DNA of 64,000 nucleotides from Octopus sinensis. Taxonomy: Eukaryota. Positions 51,506 to 64,000 of the stretch are shown here, one piece after another. The notes under the pieces are model-generated. The model worked only from the letters and a program-made list of their open reading frames with translations, was not told the origin of the DNA and made no database searches. Location: the NCBI RefSeq assembly GCF_006345805.1, contig NC_042999.1, positions 44,888,001-44,952,000 on the forward strand, written 5' to 3'. Position 1 is the first letter of the stretch. Every line of letters starts with the position of its first letter. A program made the translations under genes and the position numbers.

Positions 51506-51719
51506 TATATATATATAGTAAGAAAAGCTAATTATTTTCTTTTATCTTAAAAAGGGAAGAACACATTAAACAAAATATCCTCCATCAGTTACTTGGCATA
51601 TCTTGAATGTATTGCTTCTCTGGGCTTTGCCACTCCAAAGAGTTGATTTCTAACAGCTGACTTGTTAGAAGCTCACAAGACAACCATCTTTCCAGCAACT
51701 TGTCTCCATGACTGAACTG

Positions 51720-52735
51720 CAGTCATGGATCAAAAAGAGACCAAGGAAGGGCGAATGGCACTGCAAGTGTTGCATTGCTCTCAAGCAACTATGCTGTCCC
51801 GGGTCGACCTTGAGCGACTTCAACACAGCCAAAGCATTCTATAGGGGAGGTACAACGATGATCTCAGGATGAACCTGGGCATCAATGAGGATTACCTGAC
51901 CCGCCTGTTCAAGACGACTTTCGGGCCAGGACTTATGGACAACTTCCAGAGATCCCTGGCCTGGCAGTGCTTCCGAGATGCACTACCCATTTGGGATAAG
52001 CTCTACAGACATGGCTCGAGTAACACGGGGGTGACCTACCCGAGATGTGGTCGGAGCGACGAAACCTTTCTGCATGCACTTGTACAGTGTCCAACCATTT
52101 CCGACTTGTGGGCTTATGTCGAACAACTGCTGTCACGTGTGGGATGAGTCGGTTTATCAGCCAAATCTATTGTCAATATCATCACGCCTCCTTCCTTCAA
52201 ACGGGAAGAAAGAGCTATTTTCATCATACTTGTGGCTATGGCAAAAGAATGTATCTGGTGGACGTGTCTGAAAGGATTAGAGACAAACACCTTCCTCTCT
52301 GGTCAATCTCTCATCAACTTCTTCAAGTATCACTTGAAAAGGAAAGTGAGAGTAGAGAGGCAAGTTTTGTCTAGCGAATGTTTCAAAAAAAGATGGGTGT
52401 ATGTAGCAAGGCTGGCATGTATGAATGATGAAGCCACTTTGAGCATAATCCTATGAACCCGGAAAAAATTTAAAACAGAGAGTTACTTACTTGCAAAGAC
52501 CGAGGTTACCGTGGTCTTTTCCGTAGGCTTATCTTTCCATGGATAAACCTTATCTGTTTCCCCCTTTACACTTTACATCATGACATTTCTGTGATACATG
52601 AACCCTATTGATGTTTTTTTTTTACGATCCCTTTTGATCGAAAACCTCCCCCTTTTTTTTTCTTCCCAAAAAGAAAAGCTCTACTTTGTAATTTGTCCCC
52701 TCTGTGTTCAGCCCTGTGTGGCTAATAAAGAAACA
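51720..52735 (+). mobile_element. L1/Tx1-clade LINE 3' end (zf-RVT-like CCHC) with 3' UTR
   Basis: AWQCFRDALPIWDKLYRHG..YPRCGRSDETFLHALVQCPTISDLW..KECIWW..FKKRW. AATAAA at about 52724. Confidence 0.85.
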
Positions 52736-53369
52736 TTTCTTTCTAGCAATAACTTTGGTCTCCTTTTCGAATTCAATAGCTTTTAAGACTTATGGACATG
52801 TTTATAAAACCAAAAGAACAGCACAGCACTCATGACTTTTCAAAACATTTTTTGAAGTTCAGAATTTTTAAAACTTAAAATAAACTATATTGTGTGTCCA
52901 TATTAACTTGTAGCAACACAAGCAGTCCGTGCCATATTGGATGAGATCTCACAGCAGCCATTGCCATCTCCAAGACTGGAGTGAGACCTCACCTGCATCC
53001 ATTTGCCATTCATAAGATCACAATGAGGTTCGTGATGGCAAACTGGATATAAGGGCCCAACAAAACAGACTCGATCTCTTTTCACCGCAAGTGCATGCAG
53101 AACACACTTCGCTGGCTGAGTCTCCAGCCTAGTCTGGTCTACATGTCATATCTCACAGCTTGAGATAGTATGCTGAGAGCAACACACTTCACCTATTCTG
53201 TGAAACTTGTAAATAAACTGGTTGTGAATTGCATTTGTACTTAAGACTTCTTTCCTCACCTGCTGGAGCCTGAGCTACACAAAGAACTATTTTAATGGGA
53301 GAAGGCGATATTCACCCAATATCATAAACCTTGCCTCCCATTATAAACTGTTAGGACATTGCATCCCAC

Positions 53370-53640
53370 AAAAATTCCTTGCTTCCTGGAATTCGGAGTT
53401 GCTGAAGCATGGAACAAATTGCTGGCATCAGTTGTTAGTTGTCGGAGCACTGCATCCTTCAAAGCTTCCATGCTTCCTGAGATTCACCAACACTACACCT
53501 GATTTTCTCCCCTCCATACACACGCAAGCATGTATCTGACTCATACACTGTTCACTTCCCAGACATTTGTACATTACTGCATATACTTTATACGCACTTT
53601 TGACAAGTTGTGGTGCACCTGAGCACTGTATACAATAATT
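53370..53640 (+). mobile_element. CR1-like LINE 3' end
   Basis: RVAEAWNKLLASVVSCRSTASFKAS (the RV..WN.LP..VV...S...FK terminus) plus UTR. Confidence 0.75.
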
Positions 53641-54360
53641 TCAGTATATTATATTATATATAGTCCTGATGTGTTTGCTTATGCAGCCTTATTTTTTCTA
53701 CTTCTCTACCTCTGTGTTTTACTGTATATGTACTTCTAGCTTTCATTGCTGTCTTTTTTTAACCTCCTTCATTTCATTAATTGCAGGAGAGGTTGTTTGT
53801 TGAGAATGAGCCAGGACACTTAGCATCTATTGACCTGTAATATGGTAGTTTCTAACAAAACTGGGTGTCAATAGAGCTGGGCATGGGATGGACAGGATGC
53901 TGTCAGCAGGGTGAGAGCAGCAAAACCCTGTTAAAAATTTAGTATACTGGCAGGGCAAGCAAAGCCTTGTGAATGGATTTGGGAAATGGAAACAGAGAGA
54001 AGCCTGTTGTATATCTCTCTCTCTTTCCCTCACTATGTGTGTATGTGTGTGTGTGTGTATAACTGTGTATATGTGTGTGTGATTGAGTGTGACAGTGTGT
54101 GTGTGTGTGTTTGTGTGTGTGCATGTATGTGTTGCATCGCCTTGTCTTGGTATCATGTGATAGTCGTAAAAGAGCATTACTGCTATACAGGCAGTGTCAT
54201 TCATTTCCAATATTCTGCAGAAACATGTCTGACTGTTGGGGAAATATTACCTTACTTGGAGACAGGTGACAGTTGGCAACAAGAAGACCACCTGGCTGTA
54301 GAAAACTCTACTTCAATAAATTCATCTGACACCATTCCAGTATGGAAAAGTGAATGTTAA

Positions 54361-54771
54361 AACAATGATGATATTGACGACGACGACGATGATGATGATT
54401 ATGATGATGATGATGCTGATGAGGATGATGATGCAGATGATGATGATGATGCAGATGATGATGATGATGCAGATGATGATGATGAGGATGATGATGCAGA
54501 TGATGATGATGATGCAGATGATGATGATGACGCAGATGATGATGATGATGCAGATGATGACGACACTTATAATATTGATGATGATGATGATGATGGTGAT
54601 GATGGTACAGATGAGGATGATGATGCTGATGAGGATGATGATGCAGATGATGATGACGATGAGGATGATGATGCAGATGATGATGATGATGCAGATGATG
54701 ATGACGCAGATGATGATGATGACGCAGATGATGATGATGATGATGATGCAGATGATGACGACACTTATAAT

Positions 54772-54820
<49 letters not shown>

Positions 54821-54930
54821 CAATGATGATGATGATGACGACGGTGACGGTGATGATGGCGCTGGTGATGATGATGATGATGACACAGATAATATTGATG
54901 ATGATGACAATGATGATGATAATATTAATA
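54361..54930. repeat. Compound (GAT)n expansion with a ~200 bp higher-order duplication
   Basis: It grows from a retroelement tail (gttaaaac). gacgacacttataatat occurs twice. Confidence 0.9.
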
Positions 54931-54947
54931 ACGAATGATTTAAATGC

Positions 54948-55090
54948 CCATCAAGACTCAAGTTCTCGGGACCGTTTTGTCTTATTATAGTTCTCAACGC
55001 TTTAATAGATAAGTTCAAGACTGAATGTCTGTGGCAAGTTCCTGTATGATGACAACCTAGTTATTATAACCGAAAGCGAAAAACAGACTG
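54948..55090 (+). mobile_element. RTE reverse transcriptase micro-fragment
   Basis: HQDS..VL..IIVLNALIDKFKTECLW/FLYDDNLVIITESE resembles HQGSVLSP..W.LLYADDLV..ES. Confidence 0.55.
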
Positions 55091-55643
55091 TCCATGGCCA
55101 CATGTTTTTTTTTGTTTTTTTTGCTTTTGCTTTTTGTTTTTACTTCAATAAACTATTCTATCAAACAGTACGCAAACGGTTGCCACCCATATGGAAATAA
55201 GATAGTTTCTAATTGATTTAACATCACTTTCTAACTACTTACCTAGAATATCCGACTTTGATTAAAATTACATTAAATCTTCAGTATATATCATTTACAT
55301 CACAGACACTTTGCATATATATATTGATTAGCCATATGCGAGCTATGTTTACGAAGGAGAATCGGTAAACTGCAGGAGGAGAGTAATATTCGTTCTCAAA
55401 GGCAACGAGCTGATACTTTGTCCAGATTTTATGTGCTACAACAACAACAACAGCAGCAGCAGTAGCAGCAGCAGCAGTAGCAGCCGTAGCAGTGGCAGCA
55501 GTGTTATCAATATTGGTGATGTTAACGATGATGATTTATGATGCCAGTGTTGCATCTGCATATATTCATATACATGTAGTATATGCATATATGCATATAT
55601 GTGTATATATGCATATATGAATGTATGTATGTGTGTGTATATA

Positions 55644-55700
<57 letters not shown>

Positions 55701-56061
55701 TTGTGTGTGTATATATATATATATATATGTATGTATACATGTATGTATATATGTATGTGTGTGTGTGTGTGGTTGTAAATATCTATATATGTATATATAT
55801 ATGTGCATACACACACACATATGCATACAGACTGCAGCTGCATGGCTAAACTGGATAAAGGAAATAAAAGAAACGTTGTGCTTTGTGAATGTATCTAAAT
55901 TCTAACTGTTTATATCATGTAAATGTGTATATATTTTAGTGCATATGTATATGTGCATGCATGTGTATATATGTGTGGGCATGTGTACATATGCATGTGT
56001 GCATATGTGTGCATGTATGTATGCATATATATATATACATATTCACATATATATATATATT

Positions 56062-56100
<39 letters not shown>

Positions 56101-56667
56101 TATATATATATATATTATATATATATATATTCACACACACACACACACAACACACACATATATATATATATATATATATTCACATATATATATATAATGT
56201 CTCATCTTTGTCTGTTTTGTGATAAAGTATTTCTTTTTATCCTCATGATAATTGAAAAGCATTGCTGTGCAGATTTTTTTCAATGCTGAGAAATATTTCA
56301 GCTTATTGTTATAACTTTTGGATTCATTATTTAAATTTTTCGAATCATTTTTATCATTATATTATAATTTCTTGAGATACTTCTTCTTCCCTCCTGTTAG
56401 TTAAATCTTGACACATGTTCATCATTTGAGCATTTTAACTTATACAATTCTGTCTTAATTCATTTTTTTTGTTTTCTCATTTATCCTCCATCGCTAACAT
56501 GCAGGTGGAGACTTTGAAAAGTCTAATTTATATATATAGATATACATATATACATACATGCATACATCTTCCTACATCTATCTGTCTGTCTGTCTGCCTG
56601 CCTGCCCGTCCGTCTATCTGTCAGTCTGTCTGTCTCTCCCCGCTTCTCTCTCTTCACTGTATGTATA

Positions 56668-57030
56668 TGGTTATGTGGTAAAAAGCTTGCTTCCTAACTC
56701 CTTGGTTCTCTGTTCAGTCCTACTATGTGGCACCTCAGACAAGTGTCTTTTACTACAGCCTTGAGCTGACCAAAGCCTTGTGAGTGGATTTGGTAGATTG
56801 AAACTGAAAGAAGCCCATACTATATGTATGTATATATATATCTGTGCCAGTGCCATGTAAAAAGCACCAACTACACTCTTGAAGTGGTTGGCATTAGGAA
56901 GGGCATCCAGCTGTAGAAACTCTGCCAGATCAGATTGGAACCTAGTGCAGCTGCTAGCCCTCCAGACCTCAGTCAAACCGTCCAACCCATGCCAGCAAGG
57001 AAAACGGACGTTAATCGATGATGATGATGA

Positions 57031-57068
<38 letters not shown>

Positions 57069-57250
57069 TTACAAATGTGTGTCTGTGTCTTTGTGTCTGT
57101 ATCTGTCCCCCTACCACAACTTGTCTACCTGTTTTGGGGTGTTTACATCCCTGTAACTTAGTGGTTCAGCAAAAGAGACCGATAGAATAAGTACTTGACT
57201 AAAGGCGGTGCTCCAGCATGGCTGCAGTCAAATGACTGAAACAAATAAAA
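56668..57250 (+). mobile_element. SINE A with a nested family C copy (56842-57032)
   Basis: Head, insertion in the microsatellite, tail. Confidence 0.8.
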
Positions 57251-57789
57251 AAATGTAAAAAAGAGAGAGTGAGAGGAAATCAGAAATTACTCATTTTGCC
57301 CCGGATGCCAGTTTTGCTCAACCACCCTATGCAAGTTCATATGCATTATGTATCTGATTTCTAAATAGGACATGGATGACTGAATCTTTACTTACTAAAA
57401 TCACTGAACTGGATGCCCCCCCCCCCCTAAACAATCACCAAATCTCAAAATAATGGAACATTGATGTGTATTTTTTTTTTCAGAAATAGCAAATACAGAC
57501 CCACCACACTCTGCAACTGTTGCTGAATATGATAAAGTAGGTCTTACTTGAGGAAAGGCCCAAGATTCCTCTAACAACTGTTCAGTACTTGTATGAGTCA
57601 GTTCTTTGATATAACAAACCTGTGATTACTGCCAAAGTGGATCAACACTGAATAATACAACCTTCATTTAATTTCCATTATTTTGTTACAACCTCTGTAC
57701 ACACACACACTCACACACACAGACACACAAACACATGTACACAAATATACACACATATATATACTTTCGTATATATATGTATAATATTT

Positions 57790-57980
57790 AAAGGTAGAAT
57801 TGTTAGCCTGCTGGGAAAAATTCTTAGGGCATTTCGTCCATCTTTACACTCTGAATTCAAATTCTGCCTGGGTCAACTTTGCCTTTCGATAAAATAAGTA
57901 CCAGTTGAATACTGGGGTTGATGTAATTGACTTACCTGCTCCCCAAAATTGCTGACCTTGTGCTAAAATTTGAAATCAAT
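57790..57980 (+). mobile_element. SINE family B
   Basis: gaattcaaattc..gcctttcgataaaataagtaccag. Confidence 0.75.
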
Positions 57981-58369
57981 ATACATAGTATTTTAATATG
58001 AGCTATTAATAGTTTCATGTTGTGGAAGTACAATAATTTGCCAGATTTATATCTCATGCCTTGTGCCTCTAAGTGATCACTCAGGGTCAAACATACAACA
58101 TAGCTGGTCTTATTTCAAGGAAAAAAAAAAAGCTGACCATGTTATGTCGTCAACCTTGAAGGATCACCTTGGAGATGCGAGGCATGATACATTAATCTGA
58201 TGATTTATTGCTCTCACAGCATGAAGCTATAAGTAACTCATGTTTAAATACCATGTATATTAAATAATATTTAACTCCCACTGGGTGGTGTACGTTCTTG
58301 TTGATCCTACAAATAATCTAATAATGGAACAATATACTATATATGTGTGTGTATGTGTATATATATATG

Positions 58370-58428
<59 letters not shown>

Positions 58429-58445
58429 ATATATATATATGTATG

Positions 58446-58506
<61 letters not shown>

Positions 58507-58804
58507 TATATATACATATATACACACATATATATATATATGCCTCGATATACATAAATATATTAATCAAAGTGTGCAATATTATATATCCATTTACGGC
58601 TGATCCTACCAATTGGTTTTCCCACTAGGGGTTCAACAGTCTGATTATGTAACTCTGCACTCACGCACACTCACACACTCACACACACACACACATGCAC
58701 ACATATGTACATACATATATAGGGTGTATATGGATACGTTCATTTATAAAGAAATATATGTAAAGTAAGATATATAATATAATATAATAATATAATATAG
58801 CATA

Positions 58805-59200
58805 TAGGTGCAGTTGTGGCTTCACAATCACATGGTTTCTGGTTCAGTCCCACAGCATAGCATCTTGGGCAAGTGTCTTCTACTATAGCCTCGGGCCGAC
58901 CAAAGCCTTGTGAGTGGATTTGGTAGCTGGAAACGGAGAGAAACTCATCGTATACACACATGTATATATATATGTATTTATGTGCATGTATGTGTGGGTG
59001 TGTATTCTGTCTATATATGTGTACGTGCCTCTGTGTCTATGTTTGTCCTCTGCCACTGTTTAATAACTGGTGTTGGTGTATCTATGTTTCTGTAACTGAG
59101 TGGTTTGGCAAAAGACACCAATGGAATAAGTACCAGGCTAAAAATTCTTAGAGGAGGTGCTCCAGCATAGCCACAGTCTAATGACTGAAACAAATAAAAA
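58805..59200 (+). mobile_element. SINE family A
   Basis: Homology to the other copies. Confidence 0.85.
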
Positions 59201-59410
59201 GATACAAAAAAGATAATATAATATAATATAATATAATATAATATAATATAATATAATATATTATATATATATATATATATATTATATGATGCATACACAC
59301 ACAAAGACATATGTATGTATGCATGCATGTTTGTATGTATGTATGTATGTCATTATTCAGTTTTATTTCAAAATTTCTTGCTAATAGAGAAAGAACCAGT
59401 TTCTAAACTA

Positions 59411-60688
59411 TTAGGTTGTTCCGAAAATAATGGCTGCTCTAAATGTTGTGTTTTGAAACGCAATTTTATCATAGTTTTTTAATTATATTTTAAGTGAATT
59501 TCAACAAACTTAATAATTGATGTAGGCTCTTTAATAATTTTCTACAAATTTCAGACAGAAAATATTCTTGAAGCACAGGCGCCCTTAATTATGAACATGA
59601 CAAAAAGGGACCTTTGATTACTTTTCTTGCATGATTTCAAGCTTGGGCACAATACCTCCCAAACTGCTGCCAATATCAACAGAGCATGGAGAGAGGAGTA
59701 CACAAGTGATCACACAGTACGAAGGTGGTTTCAGAAATTCCATAGTTGTGATGAGAGCCTTGAAGATGAAGATAGAGGGGAGTCATGCAGTCTTGACAAC
59801 GAACAATTGAAAGCAATTGTTGAAAAAAAACCCACATCAAAGAAATGTCTCAGGCACTTGGGGTTAGTACTGCAATGGCCTCATGCAATCTGCAGAAGAT
59901 TGGTAAGGTGAAAAAGCTTGATAAATGGGTACTGCATGAGCTCAATGAAAATAAAAAAGTTCGGTGTTTTGAAGTATGCTTGAAGCTCTTTCTGCAAAAC
60001 ACCAATGATCCTTTTCTTGACCAAATAGTCACTTGTGATGAAAAGTGGATCTTTTATGATAACCATAAATAACCAGCTCAATGGCTTGTTTGTGATGAGT
60101 CCCCCAAACATTTTCCAAAGCCAAAGTTGCATCAGCAAAAGATTATGGTGACTGTCTGGTGGTCTGCAATTGGTGTTGTCCATTATAGCTTTCTGGAAGC
60201 CAATCAGAGCATTACAGCAGAGGTTTACTACAATCAACTTGCTGAAATGCATGCTCACTTTCAAAAAATGAGACCTGCATTGGTGAATTGGTGACCTGCA
60301 TTAGTAAATTCTACTCCACGATAATGCAAAGTCACATGTTGCAAAAATGATGCTGCAGAAACTCACAGACTTGGGATACAAGACTTTACCACATCCTCCA
60401 TATTCTCCTGATCTTTCACCCGCTGACTACCATTTTTTAAAGCATTTAAACACGTTTTTAAGTGATAAAACTTTCAGGTGCAAACCAGAGGTGGTATCGG
60501 CTTTCAAAGATTTCTTAGCATCAAAGTCAATAAGTTTTTATCAACGAGGTTTAAATAATCTCGTTGATCAATGGTAGAGATGCATAAATGTTCATGGCTC
60601 ATACTTTGACTAATCAAAACATTTCTATTGTTAATTTTTCCAGAATAAAATTATGTTTCTGAAATTGGCCATTATTTTCAGAACCAAA
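59411..60688 (+). mobile_element. Full-length mariner (DD34D) transposon with pseudogenised transposase
   Basis: TA|ttaggttgttccgaaaataatggc ... gccattattttcagaaccaaa|TA. Motifs TVRRWFQKF, WVLHEL, VTCDEKW, HDNA, HPPYSPDLSPADYH, GSYFD*; stops and frameshifts present. Confidence 0.95.
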
Positions 60689-60884
60689 TAGATCTAAAGC
60701 TCCTTCATTGGAACTTCAACAGGGTATTTTTGTATGTATGTATGTATGTATGTATGTATGTATGTATGTATGTATGTATGTATGTATGTATGTATGTATG
60801 TATGTATGTATGTGTGTATGTATGTATATGTCAGGTCACTTTCAAGGGCTACTGGTAACATGTAACCCAGTACAACCTGTTGCA

Positions 60885-61205
60885 TGGTCGGACTAAATAC
60901 CCAATCGCGTGGTTAAACCATTGGGAGTGAAGGACTCCTAGCCTTTGTTAGGGCATCCTTCTAGGAGAAGGTAACTCAGGTAACTGGGATAACTCCGACA
61001 CAAAACCTGCAGCTCAGTGGTTACCGATGATGTTGACTTGTTCTTCTTTTCAGAGTATGGCTGCTGTTGCTTAGTGAGTGGGATTGACTCAGTGCACAGC
61101 CTTTGCTCACTTTAAAAAAAATCTTCTTGCACAGGCATTGCACAATAATAACATTGATTAAGCTTCGTACAATGGCCATACTCGATAATGAGGGGGCAGC
61201 CACCA
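60885..61205 (+). mobile_element. Second copy of the (TACA)n-associated RTE-derived element
   Basis: Reverse complement of 41752-42070; ends in (GTAT)n. Confidence 0.75.
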
Positions 61206-61211
61206 TGTATG

Positions 61212-61245
<34 letters not shown>

Positions 61246-61926
61246 TGTATGTATGTATGTATGTATGTATGTTTGCATGTATGTATGTATTATGTATACA
61301 TGCAAATTTGTATGTTTTGTTTTATGCATGTATTCTCACTCATATAGTTGCATGTCTAGACATGCTCATATATACTTACATGACAAACTTCTGGAATATT
61401 TTGCAGATTTCTACAGTTCCAGTAATGGTTTGGATCAGTAGTCTTCAAATCAGCTTTCTCCTTTCTGGTTTTGAGAAGCCTAATTTCTCAAGATTGGTAT
61501 TTATGCAGTGTGTTACACATCCAAGAGCCCCAAATGGTTACAGGTATAAATGTACATACGTATGTATGTATGTATGTATGTATGTATGTATGTATGTATG
61601 TGTGTATGTGTGTATGTATGTATGTATGTATGTATGTATGTATGTACATACGTATGTATGTATTTATGCATCTATGACCATAAATATACATGTGCCTTTC
61701 TGTCATGGAATGGGTTAGATGGTTGTCACAGTCTGAATCAATTCTTATTCAAAGTTATAGCTCTTCATATTAGGTCAGGGGTCATGTCTTGCTCATCTGT
61801 TCCATTTTTGATAGAGTTTTCACAGTTGGATACCCTTCCTGTCACTAATCCCTTTACAGAGTCTACAAAGTGAATTTTACCGTGGTACTGGCACTAGTAG
61901 TGCCACAGCAAGGAAAAGGAGTTATG

Positions 61927-62236
61927 ATTCTAAGTCTTTATTCATTCTAAGTCTTTATTCATTCTAAGTCTTTATTCGTTCTAAGTCTTTATTCATTCTA
62001 AGTCTTTATTCATTCTAAGTCTTTATTCGTTCTAAGTCTTTATTCGTTCTAAGTCTTTATTCATTCTAAGTCTTTATTCGTTCTAAGTCTTTATTCGTTC
62101 TAAGTCTTTATTCATTCTAAGTCTTTATTCGTTCTAAGTCTTTATTCGTTCTAAGTCTTTATTCGTTCTAAGTCTTTATTCATTCTAAGTCTTTATTCAT
62201 TCTAAGTCTTTATTCGTTCTAAGTCTTTATTCATTC
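61927..62236. repeat. 17 bp minisatellite (a/g)ttctaagtctttattc, about 18 copies
   Basis: Perfect units differing only at one A/G position. Confidence 0.95.
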
Positions 62237-62624
62237 ACTAGAATCTAGAAGGGTGTCTGTCTGATCCTTGACAAGACCAGTCGAAAGAGAATCATCACTC
62301 ACTTGTTTTGTTTCTGTTTGTTCATACTTTTCTTTGTATGTGGATATGTAAAAACAGGTCATTTTCTATAACGTCCCCAGCCGTTGCAGAGACAGGCTTG
62401 CCTGTTATTAGGCTAGAGCCCCCGTTTTTTTGCACTGATGTGGGCTAAAGTACCTCCTCCACTTTTTCTAGTGTTTTTTGTTAAAGCTCATCGGTCAGCA
62501 TGTTAGTTTTATGTCCCAGCAGAGTGGGTAGCCATTCAGAGGTTCATAGTAACAGTATAGACAGCTGGGTATAAAGGTTATCTCTTTCCTAGCCCTCAGG
62601 GGGTAACTTGAGCCTAGTAACCCG

Positions 62625-62775
62625 GCTGTGTGGTAAGTAGGTTGCTTACGAACTACATGGTTCCAGGTTCAGTCCCACTGCGTGACACATTGTCTTCTAC
62701 TATAGCCTCGGGCCTACCAAAGCCTTGTGAGTGGATTTGGTAGACGGAAACTGAAAGAAGCTCGTCGTATATATG

Positions 62776-62860
<85 letters not shown>

Positions 62861-63078
62861 CGTTTGTGTGTATACGTTTGTGTGTCTGTGTTTGTCCCCC
62901 CTACATCGCTTGACAACCGATGTTGGTGTGTTTATGTTTCCGTAACTTAGCGGTTCGCCAAAAGAGACTGATAGAATAAGTACTAGGCTTACAAAGAATA
63001 AGTCCTGGGGTCGATTTGCTCGACTAAAGGCGGTGCTCCAGCATAGCCACTGTCAGATGACTGAAACAAGTAAGAGAG
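62625..63078 (+). mobile_element. SINE family A
   Basis: Homology to the other copies. Confidence 0.88.
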
Positions 63079-63946
63079 TCATATGTGTCTGTATCTGGGT
63101 TAATGTTTACTGTTTTCAAACCAGTGTTGTTTATGTTTCTGCCTTGCTTCTCAGTGGATTAGCAAACAGGATTTGGCAAAATAAGTACCAGATAGAAATA
63201 AATATAATGGGTCGATATGATTGAATAAACCTTCGAATATAGAGCTCCAGTATGGCACCAGGGGACACAGCCATATTGTCAGAAGAAAATACAGGATCAG
63301 GGGTTAAAAAAAGCATACAAACAAGGGGAGACAAAGAAGAGGTAAGAAAAGCAGAATGTTTTGCCGTGTTAATGCAAAAAAACAAACTTGAATATGATAA
63401 AACAGAAATAATATTTTTGTATCATCAAAAACGTTTTTTTGTTTTTCGTAGTACACCAAGTACTACAGTTTAAAGATCCCCACTTCAGTATAACTCTGAT
63501 GCCCTGAAGTAGGATGAATTATTTCAATGCTTTCAAAAATAGTTTTCCAGATCAAAACAAGTTTAACCTAAATGTTTTTATTCACTTACATTCATGAAAT
63601 CATAATATCAATTTTAGTCTAAGAAAAAAACTTTGAATCAATAAGTATGGCAATATTAAAATTTTAAATTTTCAGTAGATTTCAATTTTTCTTTTGAATA
63701 ATTCAAAAGTAGTTGCAAAAAAAATATGAAAAATATATAAAATAAAAAATTTTCATTATTAGGTATTAAAACCCAATTGATTAGGTGAAAGATTTTTTTA
63801 ATGTCTATTTTTAAACCCTGCTGCATACCTACAAGCAAATACGTATACATACACATGTAAATACACACTTACATATACATGTCTATCTATACATATACAT
63901 TCATATATGGATGTACACACATACATACATTTACACGTATACACAT

Positions 63947-64000
<54 letters not shown>

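Noticed and set aside
52900-53190. Possible ancient RTE fragment on the minus strand
   Set aside because: Only vague motif similarity across several frameshifts; not supportable without a search.
54308-55018. Poly-His/Ser, poly-Met/Gln ORFs and a poly-Asp frame reminiscent of acidic shell-matrix proteins
   Set aside because: The tract starts exactly at a retroelement (GAT)n tail. The Asp frame follows a TAA with no ATG or acceptor and frameshifts at about 54772.
61927-62236. CRISPR-like appearance
   Set aside because: Contiguous units with no spacers, no cas genes, and a eukaryotic context.
63252-63473. 73 aa ORF with an internal GAG|GTAAGA donor-like site
   Set aside because: It starts within a decayed SINE tail; no acceptor or homology is visible.

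Overview
This is AT-rich eukaryotic DNA dense in microsatellites ((TA)n, (CA)n, (TACA)n, (AAT)n, (GAT)n) and made almost entirely of transposon debris. The repeat families look like an octopod (Octopus-type) cephalopod genome; that is my recognition, not a verified assignment. I see no intact protein-coding gene, and nearly all listed ORFs are microsatellite or SINE artefacts. The recognisable content is: three tRNA-derived SINE families, RTE, R4/Dong, HERO-like, L1/Tx1 and CR1 LINE fragments, three mariner fossils, several MITEs (piggyBac-, Kolobok-, pogo/Tigger- and Merlin/Mutator-like), a tRNA-Phe pseudogene, and a decayed Penelope GIY-YIG endonuclease. The most interesting signal is a small non-coding element present twice (13720-14142 and 23718-23909). 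It joins a tRNA-like Pol III head to a minimal hammerhead-ribozyme motif and is inserted as a Penelope-style inverted repeat with a one-sided tail and 13-14 bp target-site duplications. It is a candidate Penelope-mobilised, ribozyme-bearing SINE (retrozyme-like). Other hairpin-plus-tail insertions and hammerhead relics point to several such families. All translations, alignments and boundaries were read by eye and are approximate unless anchored by a TIR or TSD.
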